Assembly: GCA_964431555.1 (NCBI GenBank)
Contig: CAYSJW010000033.1
Coordinates: 9,389 to 73,388, forward strand
DNA length: 64,000 nt
From: an uncultured Gammaproteobacteria bacterium
GTDB lineage: Bacteria; Patescibacteriota; Microgenomatia; UBA8517
Direction of reading: 5' to 3'
Position 1 is the first letter of the stretch, and the number at the start of each line of letters is the position of its first letter. The notes beneath the pieces were generated by a model. It was given only the letters and a program-made list of their open reading frames with translations, made no database searches and was not told the origin of the DNA. Both the position numbers and the translations under genes were made by a program. Positions 28,625 through 39,207 of the stretch are shown one piece after another.

Positions 28625-31573
28625 ATGGACTATATAAAAATAAGAGGTGCTCGTCAGCATAATTTAAAAAATATAAATATAGACTTACCCAAAAACAAAT
28701 TAATATGTTTTACGGGAGTATCAGGAAGTGGAAAAAGTTCATTGGCATTTGACACTATATATGCAGAAGGACAAAGGAGATATGTTGAAAGCCTTTCAAC
28801 TTATGCAAGACAATTTTTAGGTGTTATGGAAAAACCTGATTTTGATTCAATCGAGGGTTTATCTCCATCAATATCAATTGATCAAAAAACAATTTCTAAA
28901 AATCCACGTTCCACAGTTGGTACTATAACTGAAATTTACGATTATTTAAGATTGCTTTTTGCTAGGATAGGACATCCACATTGTCCAATTTGCCAAAGAG
29001 AAATTTCAAGTCAAAGTATAGACGAAATTGTAAATTCAGTAATGAAATTAATAGATGATAATTTAAAAACCAAAAAAATATTTAAATTTCTAATATTATC
29101 TCCAGTTGTTAGAGACAAAAAAGGAGAATTTTCTGGTCTAATAGACAATCTAAAAGTTAAAGGAATTCAAAAAATAAGAATAGATAATATTATTAAAAGT
29201 ACATCTGAAGATTATTACCTCATAAAAACAAATAAACATACAATAGAGGCTGTAATTGATAAGTTGTCAGTTACAAAGAAAGATATTAAAAATGAAATTT
29301 TCAAAAATAATCTAAAAACTAGACTTACCGATTCTCTCGATTTGTCATTAAAACTTTCTAATGGATACACCATAGTTTCAGAGGTGTTGGATAAAGATTT
29401 TTCTATTCCTGAATATCCAAAAGAATTTCACGATTACTTGTTTTCTGAAAAGTTTGCGTGTCCGAAAGACAACATAAGCTTTCCAGAAATAGAACCTAGA
29501 AGTTTTTCTTTCAATTCTCCTCATGGTGCTTGTCCAATCTGTAATGGAATAGGAAAAATATTAAAAGTAGATGTTGAAAAAATATTTTCTCCAGAGATAT
29601 CTATAACAGAAGGGGGGATTTTGCCTTTTTCAAATATATTTGAACAAGATACTTGGTATTCTAGAATAATTTTAACTGTTTGCCATGAAAATGGTATTGA
29701 TCCTAAAACTCCAATTAAATATTTAACAAAAGAGCAAAAAAGTTTATTACTTTACGGAACTGGAGATAAAGAGTATGAAGTTTTTGGAACAAACAGATTT
29801 GGAAAGATGACACGCATTTTCGAAAATTTTTCAGGTATAGTAAAAGAGCTTGAAAATAAATATTCTGAAACAGAATCAGAATGGATAAGATACGAAATTG
29901 AAAAATTTATGAAAGAAAATTTATGTCCCGAGTGCAATGGAGCAAGGTTAAAAAAAGAGTCTCTTTCAATAACTATCAATAAACTTTCAATTTATCAAGT
30001 TACTAATTTTTCAATAGACGAAGCTTATCAATGGTTTTTGGATTTAATTAACAAAGATATATTGTCAAAAAGAGAACGCCAAATATCCAATCTTATTTTA
30101 AAAGAAATAGTTGATAGATTGAATTTTTTAAAATCTGTTGGATTAGGATATTTAACACTTGATAGAAGTTCAGGATCATTATCCGGCGGAGAATCACAAA
30201 GAATAAGATTGGCAAGTCAAATAGGTAGCGGATTAACCGGAGTTATATATGTTTTAGATGAACCGACAATTGGTCTTCATCAAAAGGATAATTCTTTGTT
30301 AATTAATACCCTTAAAAATTTAAGAAACCTAGGGAATACTGTAATCGTAGTAGAACACGATAGTCAAACTATAAAAAATTCCGATTATGTAATTGATTTT
30401 GGACCGGGAGCAGGTAAATATGGTGGTTATATCATTGCTAAAGGAACACCAAAAGAAATATCTAACAATCCTAATTCTATTACAGGACAATATTTATCTG
30501 GTAAAAAAAAGGTTAATTTAGCAAAAACAAATAACATTAAAATTTATAATCAGGGTATTATTGAAAATAAAGATAATCAAAAATTTATATGCTTATATGG
30601 AGCATCACAATATAATCTCAAAAATATAAATGTAAAATTCCCTTTAGGTAAATTAGTTGCAATAACAGGTGTTTCTGGAAGCGGAAAATCTACTTTGTTA
30701 GTTGAAACCCTTTATCCAGCTTTAGAAAAAAATATAAACCCAAGATTTAAGGGAAATGTAGGAAAATTTGAAAAAATAGAAGGTATTGAAAATATTAATA
30801 AAGTAATTTTAATCGATCAATCTCCTATAGGAAGAACTCCACGTAGCAACCCAGCTACATATACAAAATTATTTGACTATATTAGAGAAGTTTTTTCTCA
30901 AACAAAAGATTCAAAAATAATGGGATTTAAAAAGGGAAGATTTAGTTTTAACGTAAAAGGAGGAAGATGTGAGGCTTGTGAAGGTCAAGGACAAATAAAA
31001 ATAGAAATGCAATTTATGAGCGATATTTGGATTACATGCGATGTTTGTAAAGGAAACCGATATAATTCACAAACATTAGAGATTAGCTATAAAGGTAAAA
31101 ATATTGCCGAAGTATTGAAAATGACAGTCAGTGAAGCAATAGAATTTTTTCATTCAAACAATCAAATCTTGTCAAAACTTAATACTTTATCAGAAGTGGG
31201 ACTTGATTACATTGAATTAGGTCAGCCTGCAACTACATTATCAGGAGGAGAGGCACAAAGAATAAAACTAGCAACTGAACTTTCTAAAAAAGAAACTAGT
31301 AAAACAGTATATATTCTCGATGAACCCACAACCGGGCTTCACTTTTCGGATGTAGAAAAACTTCTTAATGTCCTAAAAACACTTGTAAGTAAAGGTAATA
31401 GTATCTTTATAATAGAGCATAATATGGATATTATAAAAAATTCCGATTGGATAATCGATTTGGGTCCGTTAGGTGGTGAAAATGGTGGGGAGATTATTGC
31501 TCAAGGAACTATAAAAGATATCATTAATAACAAAAATTCATTTACAGGCCAATATCTGAAAAACTACATATAA
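28625..31573 (+). CDS. uvrA: Excinuclease ABC subunit A
   Basis: Two GVSGSGKS Walker A motifs, zinc fingers, LSGGE x2. Confidence 0.98.
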   Translation: MDYIKIRGARQHNLKNINIDLPKNKLICFTGVSGSGKSSLAFDTIYAEGQRRYVESLSTYARQFLGVMEKPDFDSIEGLSPSISIDQKTISKNPRSTVGTITEIYDYLRLLFARIGHPHCPICQREISSQSIDEIVNSVMKLIDDNLKTKKIFKFLILSPVVRDKKGEFSGLIDNLKVKGIQKIRIDNIIKSTSEDYYLIKTNKHTIEAVIDKLSVTKKDIKNEIFKNNLKTRLTDSLDLSLKLSNGYTIVSEVLDKDFSIPEYPKEFHDYLFSEKFACPKDNISFPEIEPRSFSFNSPHGACPICNGIGKILKVDVEKIFSPEISITEGGILPFSNIFEQDTWYSRIILTVCHENGIDPKTPIKYLTKEQKSLLLYGTGDKEYEVFGTNRFGKMTRIFENFSGIVKELENKYSETESEWIRYEIEKFMKENLCPECNGARLKKESLSITINKLSIYQVTNFSIDEAYQWFLDLINKDILSKRERQISNLILKEIVDRLNFLKSVGLGYLTLDRSSGSLSGGESQRIRLASQIGSGLTGVIYVLDEPTIGLHQKDNSLLINTLKNLRNLGNTVIVVEHDSQTIKNSDYVIDFGPGAGKYGGYIIAKGTPKEISNNPNSITGQYLSGKKKVNLAKTNNIKIYNQGIIENKDNQKFICLYGASQYNLKNINVKFPLGKLVAITGVSGSGKSTLLVETLYPALEKNINPRFKGNVGKFEKIEGIENINKVILIDQSPIGRTPRSNPATYTKLFDYIREVFSQTKDSKIMGFKKGRFSFNVKGGRCEACEGQGQIKIEMQFMSDIWITCDVCKGNRYNSQTLEISYKGKNIAEVLKMTVSEAIEFFHSNNQILSKLNTLSEVGLDYIELGQPATTLSGGEAQRIKLATELSKKETSKTVYILDEPTTGLHFSDVEKLLNVLKTLVSKGNSIFIIEHNMDIIKNSDWIIDLGPLGGENGGEIIAQGTIKDIINNKNSFTGQYLKNYI

Positions 31574-31612
31574 AAATTAACAAATTATCTATTTTATAAA
31601 AAATCTTAATAA

Positions 31613-33454
31613 ATGATAAAAAAATCCATAATCTTTAACATAATATTGGTATCTATTTACTTTTTGTCAGTAAAAAATATAAAAGCGTCTTCAGAATATC
31701 AAATAAATTCAATAATAGAATATAAGATTCGTGATGAAGGATATTTTTCTGTAACTCATACAATAACCTTAACAAACATCACCACAGAAAAATATGCTAA
31801 ATACTACATAATAAATCTTTCAAATCAAATCCCAGTAAATATAAAAGTTTATGAAAAAGGAGAAGAATTACCAGTAGAAATAAATAAAATTAATAACGAT
31901 TATTCTTTAAAAATTACATTTGTTGAACCTGTCTTAGGTAAAAACAATTCAAGAACTTTTATTGTAACATATGATGAAAAAAATATTTTACAAAAAAATG
32001 GGGATGTTTTGGAATTTTCTTTACCTTTAGTTAATCAGGAGTATAGTGATTGCAAAATTTTGATATCTGTTCCTGAAACTGTTGGAGATTTGGCTTATAT
32101 TACTCCTGACAAATATGAAATTGAAAAGCAAAACAATAGAATAGTTTATAAATTTTCTAAAAACTTAATAAAAAACCAAAAAATTAACGCAATTTTTGGA
32201 AAATTTAAAGTATATTCAATAAAAGTAAATATCCCATTAAAAAATTATGAGAATAAGAATAAAGAAATTAAATTTGCAATTCCACCTGACACATCTATGC
32301 AAAAAGTTTATTACAACAAACTTGAACCGCTTCCCAATAATATTTATGTTGACGAAGATGGCAATTGGATAGCAACATATTTACTAAAGCCAAAAGAAAA
32401 TATTAATTTAAATGTTGAAGGTTATATACAGGTATTTTCTAGACCCTTAAAATTATTTAGACAAACTCCGTCATCAATAATCTCAAACTTAAAGCCTCAA
32501 ATTTATTGGGAGTCTGATGACCCATTAATTAAAAATTTAACAGAAAATTTTAAAAATCCAAAAGAAATTTATGATTATGTAGTCGACAATTTAATCTATA
32601 ACTATAAAAGAATATCACCAAATGCAGATAGATATGGAGCAAAAAAAGCACTACTTAACAAAAATGATTCGTTATGTACTGAATTTACAGATTTATTTAT
32701 AGCTCTTTCAAGGGCTTCAGGTATCCCAGCCAGAGAAATCAATGGTTATGCTTATTCTGACAATATCAATATAAAACCTTTATCTTTAATTTCTGATATT
32801 TTTCATTCATGGCCTGAATATTGGGACGAAGATCTACAAGACTGGAAACCTATCGATCCAACATGGGAATCAACATCAAATATAGATTATTTTAATGGAT
32901 TTGATTTAAATCATATAACACTTTTAATTCATGGAAAAAGTTCAACTTATCCAAGTTCACCTATTATTCAAAATACAGATGATATTAAAAAAAATTTATA
33001 TATATACCCTTCATCTCTACCAAATATAGAAATTAAACCTTTGATAATAAACCATAAAATTGTGAATTATTTGAACCCCTTTAAAAAAGAATTAAATGTT
33101 ATAATAAAAAATGAAACTCCCATAGCTTTCTATAATATAAATCCAATCATCTACTTTGAAAACAAAAAAATAATTACAGAAAAGATAAATGTATTACCTC
33201 CCATGTCTTACAAAAAAATTGTATTTAACATTCCTGTTGGTTTTCTTGCTTTAGATTCTCCTAATAAAATATCAATAGAAGTTAATAATTACATAAATGA
33301 GATTTATTTAAATAAAGCAAAGTTGATAACCATACAACTTATATATATATTTTCAATTTTCATTTTTATAATTTTATTTCTTCTAATAATATTAAATATG
33401 AATTTAATAAAAAGTATATTAGCCAAGATAAATATCAAAAGGTATGTTAAATAA
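31613..33454 (+). CDS. Exported transglutaminase-like domain protein with C-terminal TM anchor
   Basis: Signal peptide; CTEFTDLF..GIPAR..HSWPEY..DPT Cys-His-Asp triad. Confidence 0.85.
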   Translation: MIKKSIIFNIILVSIYFLSVKNIKASSEYQINSIIEYKIRDEGYFSVTHTITLTNITTEKYAKYYIINLSNQIPVNIKVYEKGEELPVEINKINNDYSLKITFVEPVLGKNNSRTFIVTYDEKNILQKNGDVLEFSLPLVNQEYSDCKILISVPETVGDLAYITPDKYEIEKQNNRIVYKFSKNLIKNQKINAIFGKFKVYSIKVNIPLKNYENKNKEIKFAIPPDTSMQKVYYNKLEPLPNNIYVDEDGNWIATYLLKPKENINLNVEGYIQVFSRPLKLFRQTPSSIISNLKPQIYWESDDPLIKNLTENFKNPKEIYDYVVDNLIYNYKRISPNADRYGAKKALLNKNDSLCTEFTDLFIALSRASGIPAREINGYAYSDNINIKPLSLISDIFHSWPEYWDEDLQDWKPIDPTWESTSNIDYFNGFDLNHITLLIHGKSSTYPSSPIIQNTDDIKKNLYIYPSSLPNIEIKPLIINHKIVNYLNPFKKELNVIIKNETPIAFYNINPIIYFENKKIITEKINVLPPMSYKKIVFNIPVGFLALDSPNKISIEVNNYINEIYLNKAKLITIQLIYIFSIFIFIILFLLIILNMNLIKSILAKINIKRYVK

Positions 33455-34766
33455 AATTAAAAAATTATCTTTTAATAAAAATAATATCAAAAATATACCT
33501 GAAGAACCGGGTGTATATATATTCTTTTCAGAATTAAAACCTTTATATGTAGGTAAATCAAAAAATTTAAAAAATAGATTAACATCATATATGAACTTAA
33601 ATCTTTTACCGAAAACTTCAAAAATGATTTCTATTACAAAATATTTTTCTTTTATTTTAGTATCATCTGAAATAGAATCACTCATACTTGAAGCTAATTT
33701 AATAAACAAATTAAAACCAACTTACAATATTCAATTAAAAGATGACAAAAGTCCCATTTATATATGCATTACCAATGACAAATATCCTATGGTCATAACA
33801 AAAAGAAAACCAAATAAAAATAACAATATTAAATATTATTTTGGGCCTTTTACATCAATAAAATCTGCTAAAAATATACTTTATCACTTAAGAAAGATTA
33901 TTCCTTTCTCTCAACATAAACCTAATAAAAAGGTTTGTTTATATCACCAAATGAATCTTTGTAATCCATGTCCATCTTTAATTGAAAAAACTGATAACTT
34001 AAGACAAAAAAGCATTTTAATCAAACAATATAAGAAAAATATAATTAATGTAAAAAATTTTTTATATGGTAATATGTCAAATTTAAAGAAATCTTTACTA
34101 GATAATATAAATTTTTTAATAAAAAATGAAAAATTTGAAGAGGCTTCTATAATCAAAAAAAAGCTTGATTACCTTAATTTCATAACAAATAAATCTTTCT
34201 CTGATAATGATTACATAGAAAACCCAAATCTTATTGAAGATATTAGAGAAAAAGAGCTATATGATTTAAAATCTATTATAAGAAATTATTTAATATTAAA
34301 AAATATAAAACGTATTGAATGCTACGATATTTCACATTTATCTGGAATTTATCCTACCGCTTCGATGGTTACATTTAATAATGGAAATCCAGACAGAAAT
34401 TTATATAAACATTTTATCTTAAGAAACAACCATAAGGGTGATGATATTTCTGGTATGTCAGAAATAGCTAAAAGAAGAATAAAACACTTTAATGATTGGG
34501 GTAAACCCGATTTAATTTTAGTTGATGGTGGAAAAGCTCAAATTAAAGCTTTTCTAAATGAATTTAATGATACCAATATTCCAATATTAGGTATTGTTAA
34601 AAAAACTGAAAAATTGATAATACCATATAAAAATTCTTATAAAATTATTAATTTAAAAGGACCTTCATTATTATTAATACAAAGATTAAGAAATGAAGCT
34701 CATAGATTTTCAAGAGTATTACACCATAAGCTATTCAAAAAATATCTTATAAAAAACAATATATAA
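33444..34766 (+). CDS. uvrC: Excinuclease ABC subunit C (short, no HhH tail)
   Basis: GIY-YIG (PGVY..YVGKSKNL), UVR, IECYDISH, PDLILVDGG, RNEAHRF. Confidence 0.92.
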   Translation: MLNKIKKLSFNKNNIKNIPEEPGVYIFFSELKPLYVGKSKNLKNRLTSYMNLNLLPKTSKMISITKYFSFILVSSEIESLILEANLINKLKPTYNIQLKDDKSPIYICITNDKYPMVITKRKPNKNNNIKYYFGPFTSIKSAKNILYHLRKIIPFSQHKPNKKVCLYHQMNLCNPCPSLIEKTDNLRQKSILIKQYKKNIINVKNFLYGNMSNLKKSLLDNINFLIKNEKFEEASIIKKKLDYLNFITNKSFSDNDYIENPNLIEDIREKELYDLKSIIRNYLILKNIKRIECYDISHLSGIYPTASMVTFNNGNPDRNLYKHFILRNNHKGDDISGMSEIAKRRIKHFNDWGKPDLILVDGGKAQIKAFLNEFNDTNIPILGIVKKTEKLIIPYKNSYKIINLKGPSLLLIQRLRNEAHRFSRVLHHKLFKKYLIKNNI

Positions 34767-34777
34767 TAAATATAATA

Positions 34778-35179
34778 ATGAAAAAGATTCTTAAACATTA
34801 TGCTATCAATACATTTTCATTATGGGTTATAAGTAATATTGCTACAGGTTTAGTTTTTGAAAAAGGTTTAAAAACACTCTTTATTTCTGGTATAGCCATA
34901 ACTGCTGTATTTTTTCTAGCCAAACCTGTTATCAATTTACTACTTCTTCCTTTAAATTTAGTAACCTTCGGACTTTTTAAATGGGTATCATCAGCCGTAG
35001 TTCTTTATCTCGTAACACTAATAATAAAGGATTTTAAAATAATTGGCTTTCATTTTTACGGATATTCTAGCAAATGGATTGATATACCTACTATTGATGT
35101 TAAAGGATTTTTATCATATGTTCTTTTTTCTTTTTTACTTTCATTAATTACATCATTTATTTACTGGTTAATGAAGTAA
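34778..35179 (+). CDS. YvlD/'phage holin family' 4-TM membrane protein
   Basis: KPVINLLLLPLNLVTFGLF motif. Confidence 0.8.
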   Translation: MKKILKHYAINTFSLWVISNIATGLVFEKGLKTLFISGIAITAVFFLAKPVINLLLLPLNLVTFGLFKWVSSAVVLYLVTLIIKDFKIIGFHFYGYSSKWIDIPTIDVKGFLSYVLFSFLLSLITSFIYWLMK

Positions 35180-35206
35180 AAATATATTTTCTGTATAATA
35201 ATCTTT

Positions 35207-35416
35207 ATGAAAAACACTTTATTAATTTTTCAAATTATATTGGCTATAATACTTACATTTTTTATATTTATCCAATCAAGTGGAAGTGGTTTTAACAGAA
35301 GTTGGAAAGGACCATCATCATTTACAAGAAGAGGACTAGAAAAAGTTGTTTTTAGACTTACTTTCTTCATATCCGGCATTTTTATAGCAGTCTCGATTCT
35401 CAGTGTACTCTTATAA
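35207..35416 (+). CDS. secG: Preprotein translocase subunit SecG
   Basis: Two TMs, IQSSGSG linker, TRRGLEK. Confidence 0.88.
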   Translation: MKNTLLIFQIILAIILTFFIFIQSSGSGFNRSWKGPSSFTRRGLEKVVFRLTFFISGIFIAVSILSVLL

Positions 35417-35439
35417 ACTTTTAGCTTTAAATACTACTT

Positions 35440-36744
35440 ATGTATTACTTTAAACTAATAATTGCATTTTTAAACAAATTTAAGTTTATTATTTCAATAG
35501 GAATTGTTTTTGGAATATTTTCATTTTATCTATTTAACAATTTTATTTATAAAAATTACTTAGGAAAAACAACTACAATAGGTATATTAGGCAGATACAG
35601 ACCGAATGACTTACCTTTATATATTTTAAATAAGATTAGTAGAGGACTTACAAAAGTTAAAGATGGTAATTTAGAACCAGACTTAGCTGAATATTGGGAA
35701 ACTACTGATAAAGGTAAGACTTGGATATTTAAACTAAAAGACAACATTTATTGGCATGATGGTACCAAAATTTCCAGTAATGACATTATTTTAGAATTTT
35801 CTGGTGTTAGTATTGAAAAACCAAATGATAATACTATTAAATTCATATTAGATGAACCTTATTCTCCATTTCCTTACATAGTCTCAAAACCAATTTTTAA
35901 AAAGGGACTAATGGGAACCGGTGATTGGAAAGTTAAAAATATTAAAATCGTCAACACCTATATTAGTTATTTAATGCTTAAAAATAGTGAAGGAAACACA
36001 CTTATATATAAGTTTTATCCTTCAAGTGATCTTTTAAAACATGCCTATAAAATGGGGAAAATAGATCAAATTAAAAATATATCAGATCCAAGTCCGTTCA
36101 ATAATTGGAATAATTCCAAAATTATAAAAAATTTAAACTATTCACAAATTGTTACCTTGTTTTTTAATACACAAGATAAAATTCTTTCAGAAAAAATAAT
36201 AAGACAATCTCTAAATTACGCTATAGATAAAGAATCCTTTGGTAATAGAGCATATACTCCATTAAATCCTGAATCCTGGGCTTACAATCCTCAAGTAAAA
36301 TCTTATGATTTTAACATAGATAATTCTTTAAATTTATTAAAAGAAATACCTAAAGAAATTAAAGATAATCTTGAAATAACATTAATAACAACTCCAAATT
36401 TATTAAACATAGCGGAAAAAATATCCAAGGATTGGGAAAAAATATCAGTTAAAACAACCATACAAGTATCATCTACCAAACCTAATGAATATCAATGTTT
36501 TTTAACTATATTTGATATACCAAATGATCCAGATCAATACCCGCTTTGGCACTCAACAAAAAAAGATACTAATATAACAAAATTAAATAATCCTAGAATA
36601 GATAAATTATTAGAAGATGGTAGAGTAGAACTTGACATAGAAAAAAGGAGAAAGATTTATTTGGATTTTCAAAAATATCTTTTAGAGGAATTACCCGCAA
36701 TATTTTTATATCATCCAGTCTACTACGACATTATTCGAAAATAA
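35440..36744 (+). CDS. ABC transporter substrate-binding protein, family 5
   Basis: PDLAEYW, WHDG, GTGDWK, IRQSLNYAIDK, EELPAIFLY. Confidence 0.88.
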   Translation: MYYFKLIIAFLNKFKFIISIGIVFGIFSFYLFNNFIYKNYLGKTTTIGILGRYRPNDLPLYILNKISRGLTKVKDGNLEPDLAEYWETTDKGKTWIFKLKDNIYWHDGTKISSNDIILEFSGVSIEKPNDNTIKFILDEPYSPFPYIVSKPIFKKGLMGTGDWKVKNIKIVNTYISYLMLKNSEGNTLIYKFYPSSDLLKHAYKMGKIDQIKNISDPSPFNNWNNSKIIKNLNYSQIVTLFFNTQDKILSEKIIRQSLNYAIDKESFGNRAYTPLNPESWAYNPQVKSYDFNIDNSLNLLKEIPKEIKDNLEITLITTPNLLNIAEKISKDWEKISVKTTIQVSSTKPNEYQCFLTIFDIPNDPDQYPLWHSTKKDTNITKLNNPRIDKLLEDGRVELDIEKRRKIYLDFQKYLLEELPAIFLYHPVYYDIIRK

Positions 36745-36747
36745 TTT

Positions 36748-38475
36748 TTAATGAAACTCCTGTTTTTCTTCACTAATAAAATCACTCCAACCTTGTATTA
36801 AATTCAATATCACAGCAAAGGGAGTTTCGATAAGAAAATTAAATAGAATTGCAACAACATTGTATTCTTTCCATTTCCTTGCCAGAAACGCTCCAACTTT
36901 TGCGATAGGAACAGACAACATGTCTAAAAGAAAACTTCCAATAGTAGTATCTTCATCAACATTTAATTCTTTAGATTTATTTTTTATAGCAACAGCGGCA
37001 AAAAATGTGAGAGAAATTGTAAATGTGTCAAATATTACTGAAGTCATAGGCAATCCTCCGATATAGAAAAGATACGCTATACCTATAAATGCAAATATAA
37101 TAATTTCTATGTACAAAGAGACCATAAATATTTTTAACAATGATGGTTTTCCATTATCAAATTTAATCTGGAAATATCTTTTCTCAGAATTTTTATATAC
37201 AATACTATTTGCTAGATTAATAACTTTATTCATATTGTCTTTTGATGGAAGTTTAATAATTGAAACTAATAAAAACATTACAAATGTCGGGATCAAAAAA
37301 TCAATAATCGCTGCTTTTAGATTAAACCCCTCATAAAATAACTTCGCCAGTGGAACTTCTATTATAAAAAAGGTAAACCAGTTAGATAAAAATACAGACA
37401 AAGTAGAAAATATAGCTAATCTTATCAATCGAGTTTTAAGTGTAGAGTATCTTTTTTTATATGCTATCTTAATTTCCTTTTCAAACTTAATTTTATTATC
37501 AAAAATCTTATATAAAATATTTGGTTTGTTTTTATACTTCAATAAAATATCGTCAATCAATAAAAATATTGTATCAACATATTCAGCAACTCTAGTGAAC
37601 TTTTTTAAAATTTTATTCTTTAAGTCAATTTCAATTTGATTCCAAATTTCAGGTAATTTTTTTGAGATAATTCTGATCTCATCCTCTTCTAAAATATTCC
37701 AATTTGGAAAATTAAGCTTTAGTAAAATATAAGAAATATATTTATCGTCTAAATCATATAAAGTTTTAATTGTCGATATCAATAAAAACTTTTTAATTTC
37801 ATCATTCTTCAAAAAATCATTTGGTTCAAAACGAACTATATTTTCTAAACATTTTGACATTGCATTAATAATTCCATATTCCTTAAATGGATTGGTTAAT
37901 ATTTCTTCTATTTCACAGGCAGAAATTTCAATTAAAAAATTAATATAATTTACTCTTTGTTTAAACGCAAAAATATCAAATTTTGAAGATGAATCTAAAA
38001 AAATTAAATATTTTTTAATAATTCTCTCAACATCAATTAACCTTTCAAGAGGTATACTATTATTCGGTAAATGACCCCCTCTTATCAATTCAAATGTGAG
38101 GGTTTCAGCTAAATATTTTATATCAAACTTTTTAACAGTAATCTTAGCTATATTTGGAAATATTATTCTTTTTAAAATTCTTTCTATTGCTCCTCTTCTT
38201 AAAGCATTGTCATCTTTCCAATCAATAATCTTTCTTATTTTTTCATAAATTTTAGCTATCCTTGATGCTACCTCATCAACATGTATTGGGGTAAAACTCT
38301 CATTTTCATTTAATAATTCAAAAATATAATTATCTAGAAGTTTGACTATATATTCATTTAATATTTCACCATCGTCATTAACTGTTAAAGCCATATTATT
38401 TTTAATACTAGTTAAATCAATAGAATCATTGTTTTTATGCAAACTTAAATCTTCATTTTGATAAATAACAGCCAT
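36748..38475 (-). CDS. Large hypothetical membrane protein (helical N-terminus, C-terminal TMs)
   Basis: 575-aa ORF, LRRGAIERILKR motif, 4-6 TMs. Confidence 0.75.
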   Translation of the reverse strand: MAVIYQNEDLSLHKNNDSIDLTSIKNNMALTVNDDGEILNEYIVKLLDNYIFELLNENESFTPIHVDEVASRIAKIYEKIRKIIDWKDDNALRRGAIERILKRIIFPNIAKITVKKFDIKYLAETLTFELIRGGHLPNNSIPLERLIDVERIIKKYLIFLDSSSKFDIFAFKQRVNYINFLIEISACEIEEILTNPFKEYGIINAMSKCLENIVRFEPNDFLKNDEIKKFLLISTIKTLYDLDDKYISYILLKLNFPNWNILEEDEIRIISKKLPEIWNQIEIDLKNKILKKFTRVAEYVDTIFLLIDDILLKYKNKPNILYKIFDNKIKFEKEIKIAYKKRYSTLKTRLIRLAIFSTLSVFLSNWFTFFIIEVPLAKLFYEGFNLKAAIIDFLIPTFVMFLLVSIIKLPSKDNMNKVINLANSIVYKNSEKRYFQIKFDNGKPSLLKIFMVSLYIEIIIFAFIGIAYLFYIGGLPMTSVIFDTFTISLTFFAAVAIKNKSKELNVDEDTTIGSFLLDMLSVPIAKVGAFLARKWKEYNVVAILFNFLIETPFAVILNLIQGWSDFISEEKQEFH

Positions 38476-38555
38476 AGAAAATTACTACATTATATCATTA
38501 TGCCATTTTAAAATATCCACCTTTACAAAAAGATGTAATAATAAAAGATTATAAT

Positions 38556-39176
38556 TTAAAATTTAATAAAATAATCTATTTTACTTGAAGCTTTTACTTC
38601 CTCTATCCATGAATCATATCTCTCTTTTATTTTCGAATCCAATAATAGTTTTCTTACACCTTCTCTTGCCTCTTCACGACTCATATTTTCATATAATTCA
38701 GGATTTTCTCTTATAAACTTATCTATTTCATCTTCACTAAGATCTATATCTTGAGACAAAATTTTATATACAATAATTCTTAACCTTACATTTCTTTCCA
38801 AATCCGAAGCTGTTTGATTGGATTCCTTTAATATTTGTGCTAGAGTTTTACCATTGGTTAAAGCTTCCTTCTCTATTTTTAATATCTCTGATCTTATTTC
38901 CTCTTGTTTTACGATAATATTTCTTTTTTTAGCTTCATACTCAATTAACTTTTCCGAAATAATTTTATCTATAATATTATTTTTATCTTTTGATTCAAAA
39001 TATCTTATAACATCAGATATTGATATAGGCTGACCGTTTATAAAAGCTAATGCGATAACACCTCTTTTATAAAGAGAAAGCAAAATAAATATTACAAAAA
39101 TTAATGAAGCTGACTTAAATAACCATATATTACTAATTTTAATTTTAAAAATTCGTTTTATATCGTATTTATTCAT
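38556..39176 (-). CDS. Second SurA/PrsA N-terminal-domain-like protein
   Basis: TM, AFINGQPI, LIEYEAKKRNI; similar to 16298-17056. Confidence 0.72.
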   Translation of the reverse strand: MNKYDIKRIFKIKISNIWLFKSASLIFVIFILLSLYKRGVIALAFINGQPISISDVIRYFESKDKNNIIDKIISEKLIEYEAKKRNIIVKQEEIRSEILKIEKEALTNGKTLAQILKESNQTASDLERNVRLRIIVYKILSQDIDLSEDEIDKFIRENPELYENMSREEAREGVRKLLLDSKIKERYDSWIEEVKASSKIDYFIKF

Positions 39177-39207
39177 TTTAACTTAATGTTGACTGAATAT
39201 TAAAATA

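Noticed and set aside
31633-31660. dif-like XerD arm (TTATGTTAAAG on the minus strand) near the suspected terminus
   Set aside because: Inside a CDS, the XerC arm does not fit, and such an AT-rich match is expected by chance
34778-35179. 'Holin' gene as prophage evidence
   Set aside because: YvlD-like membrane protein in housekeeping context (uvrC-secG); no phage genes nearby
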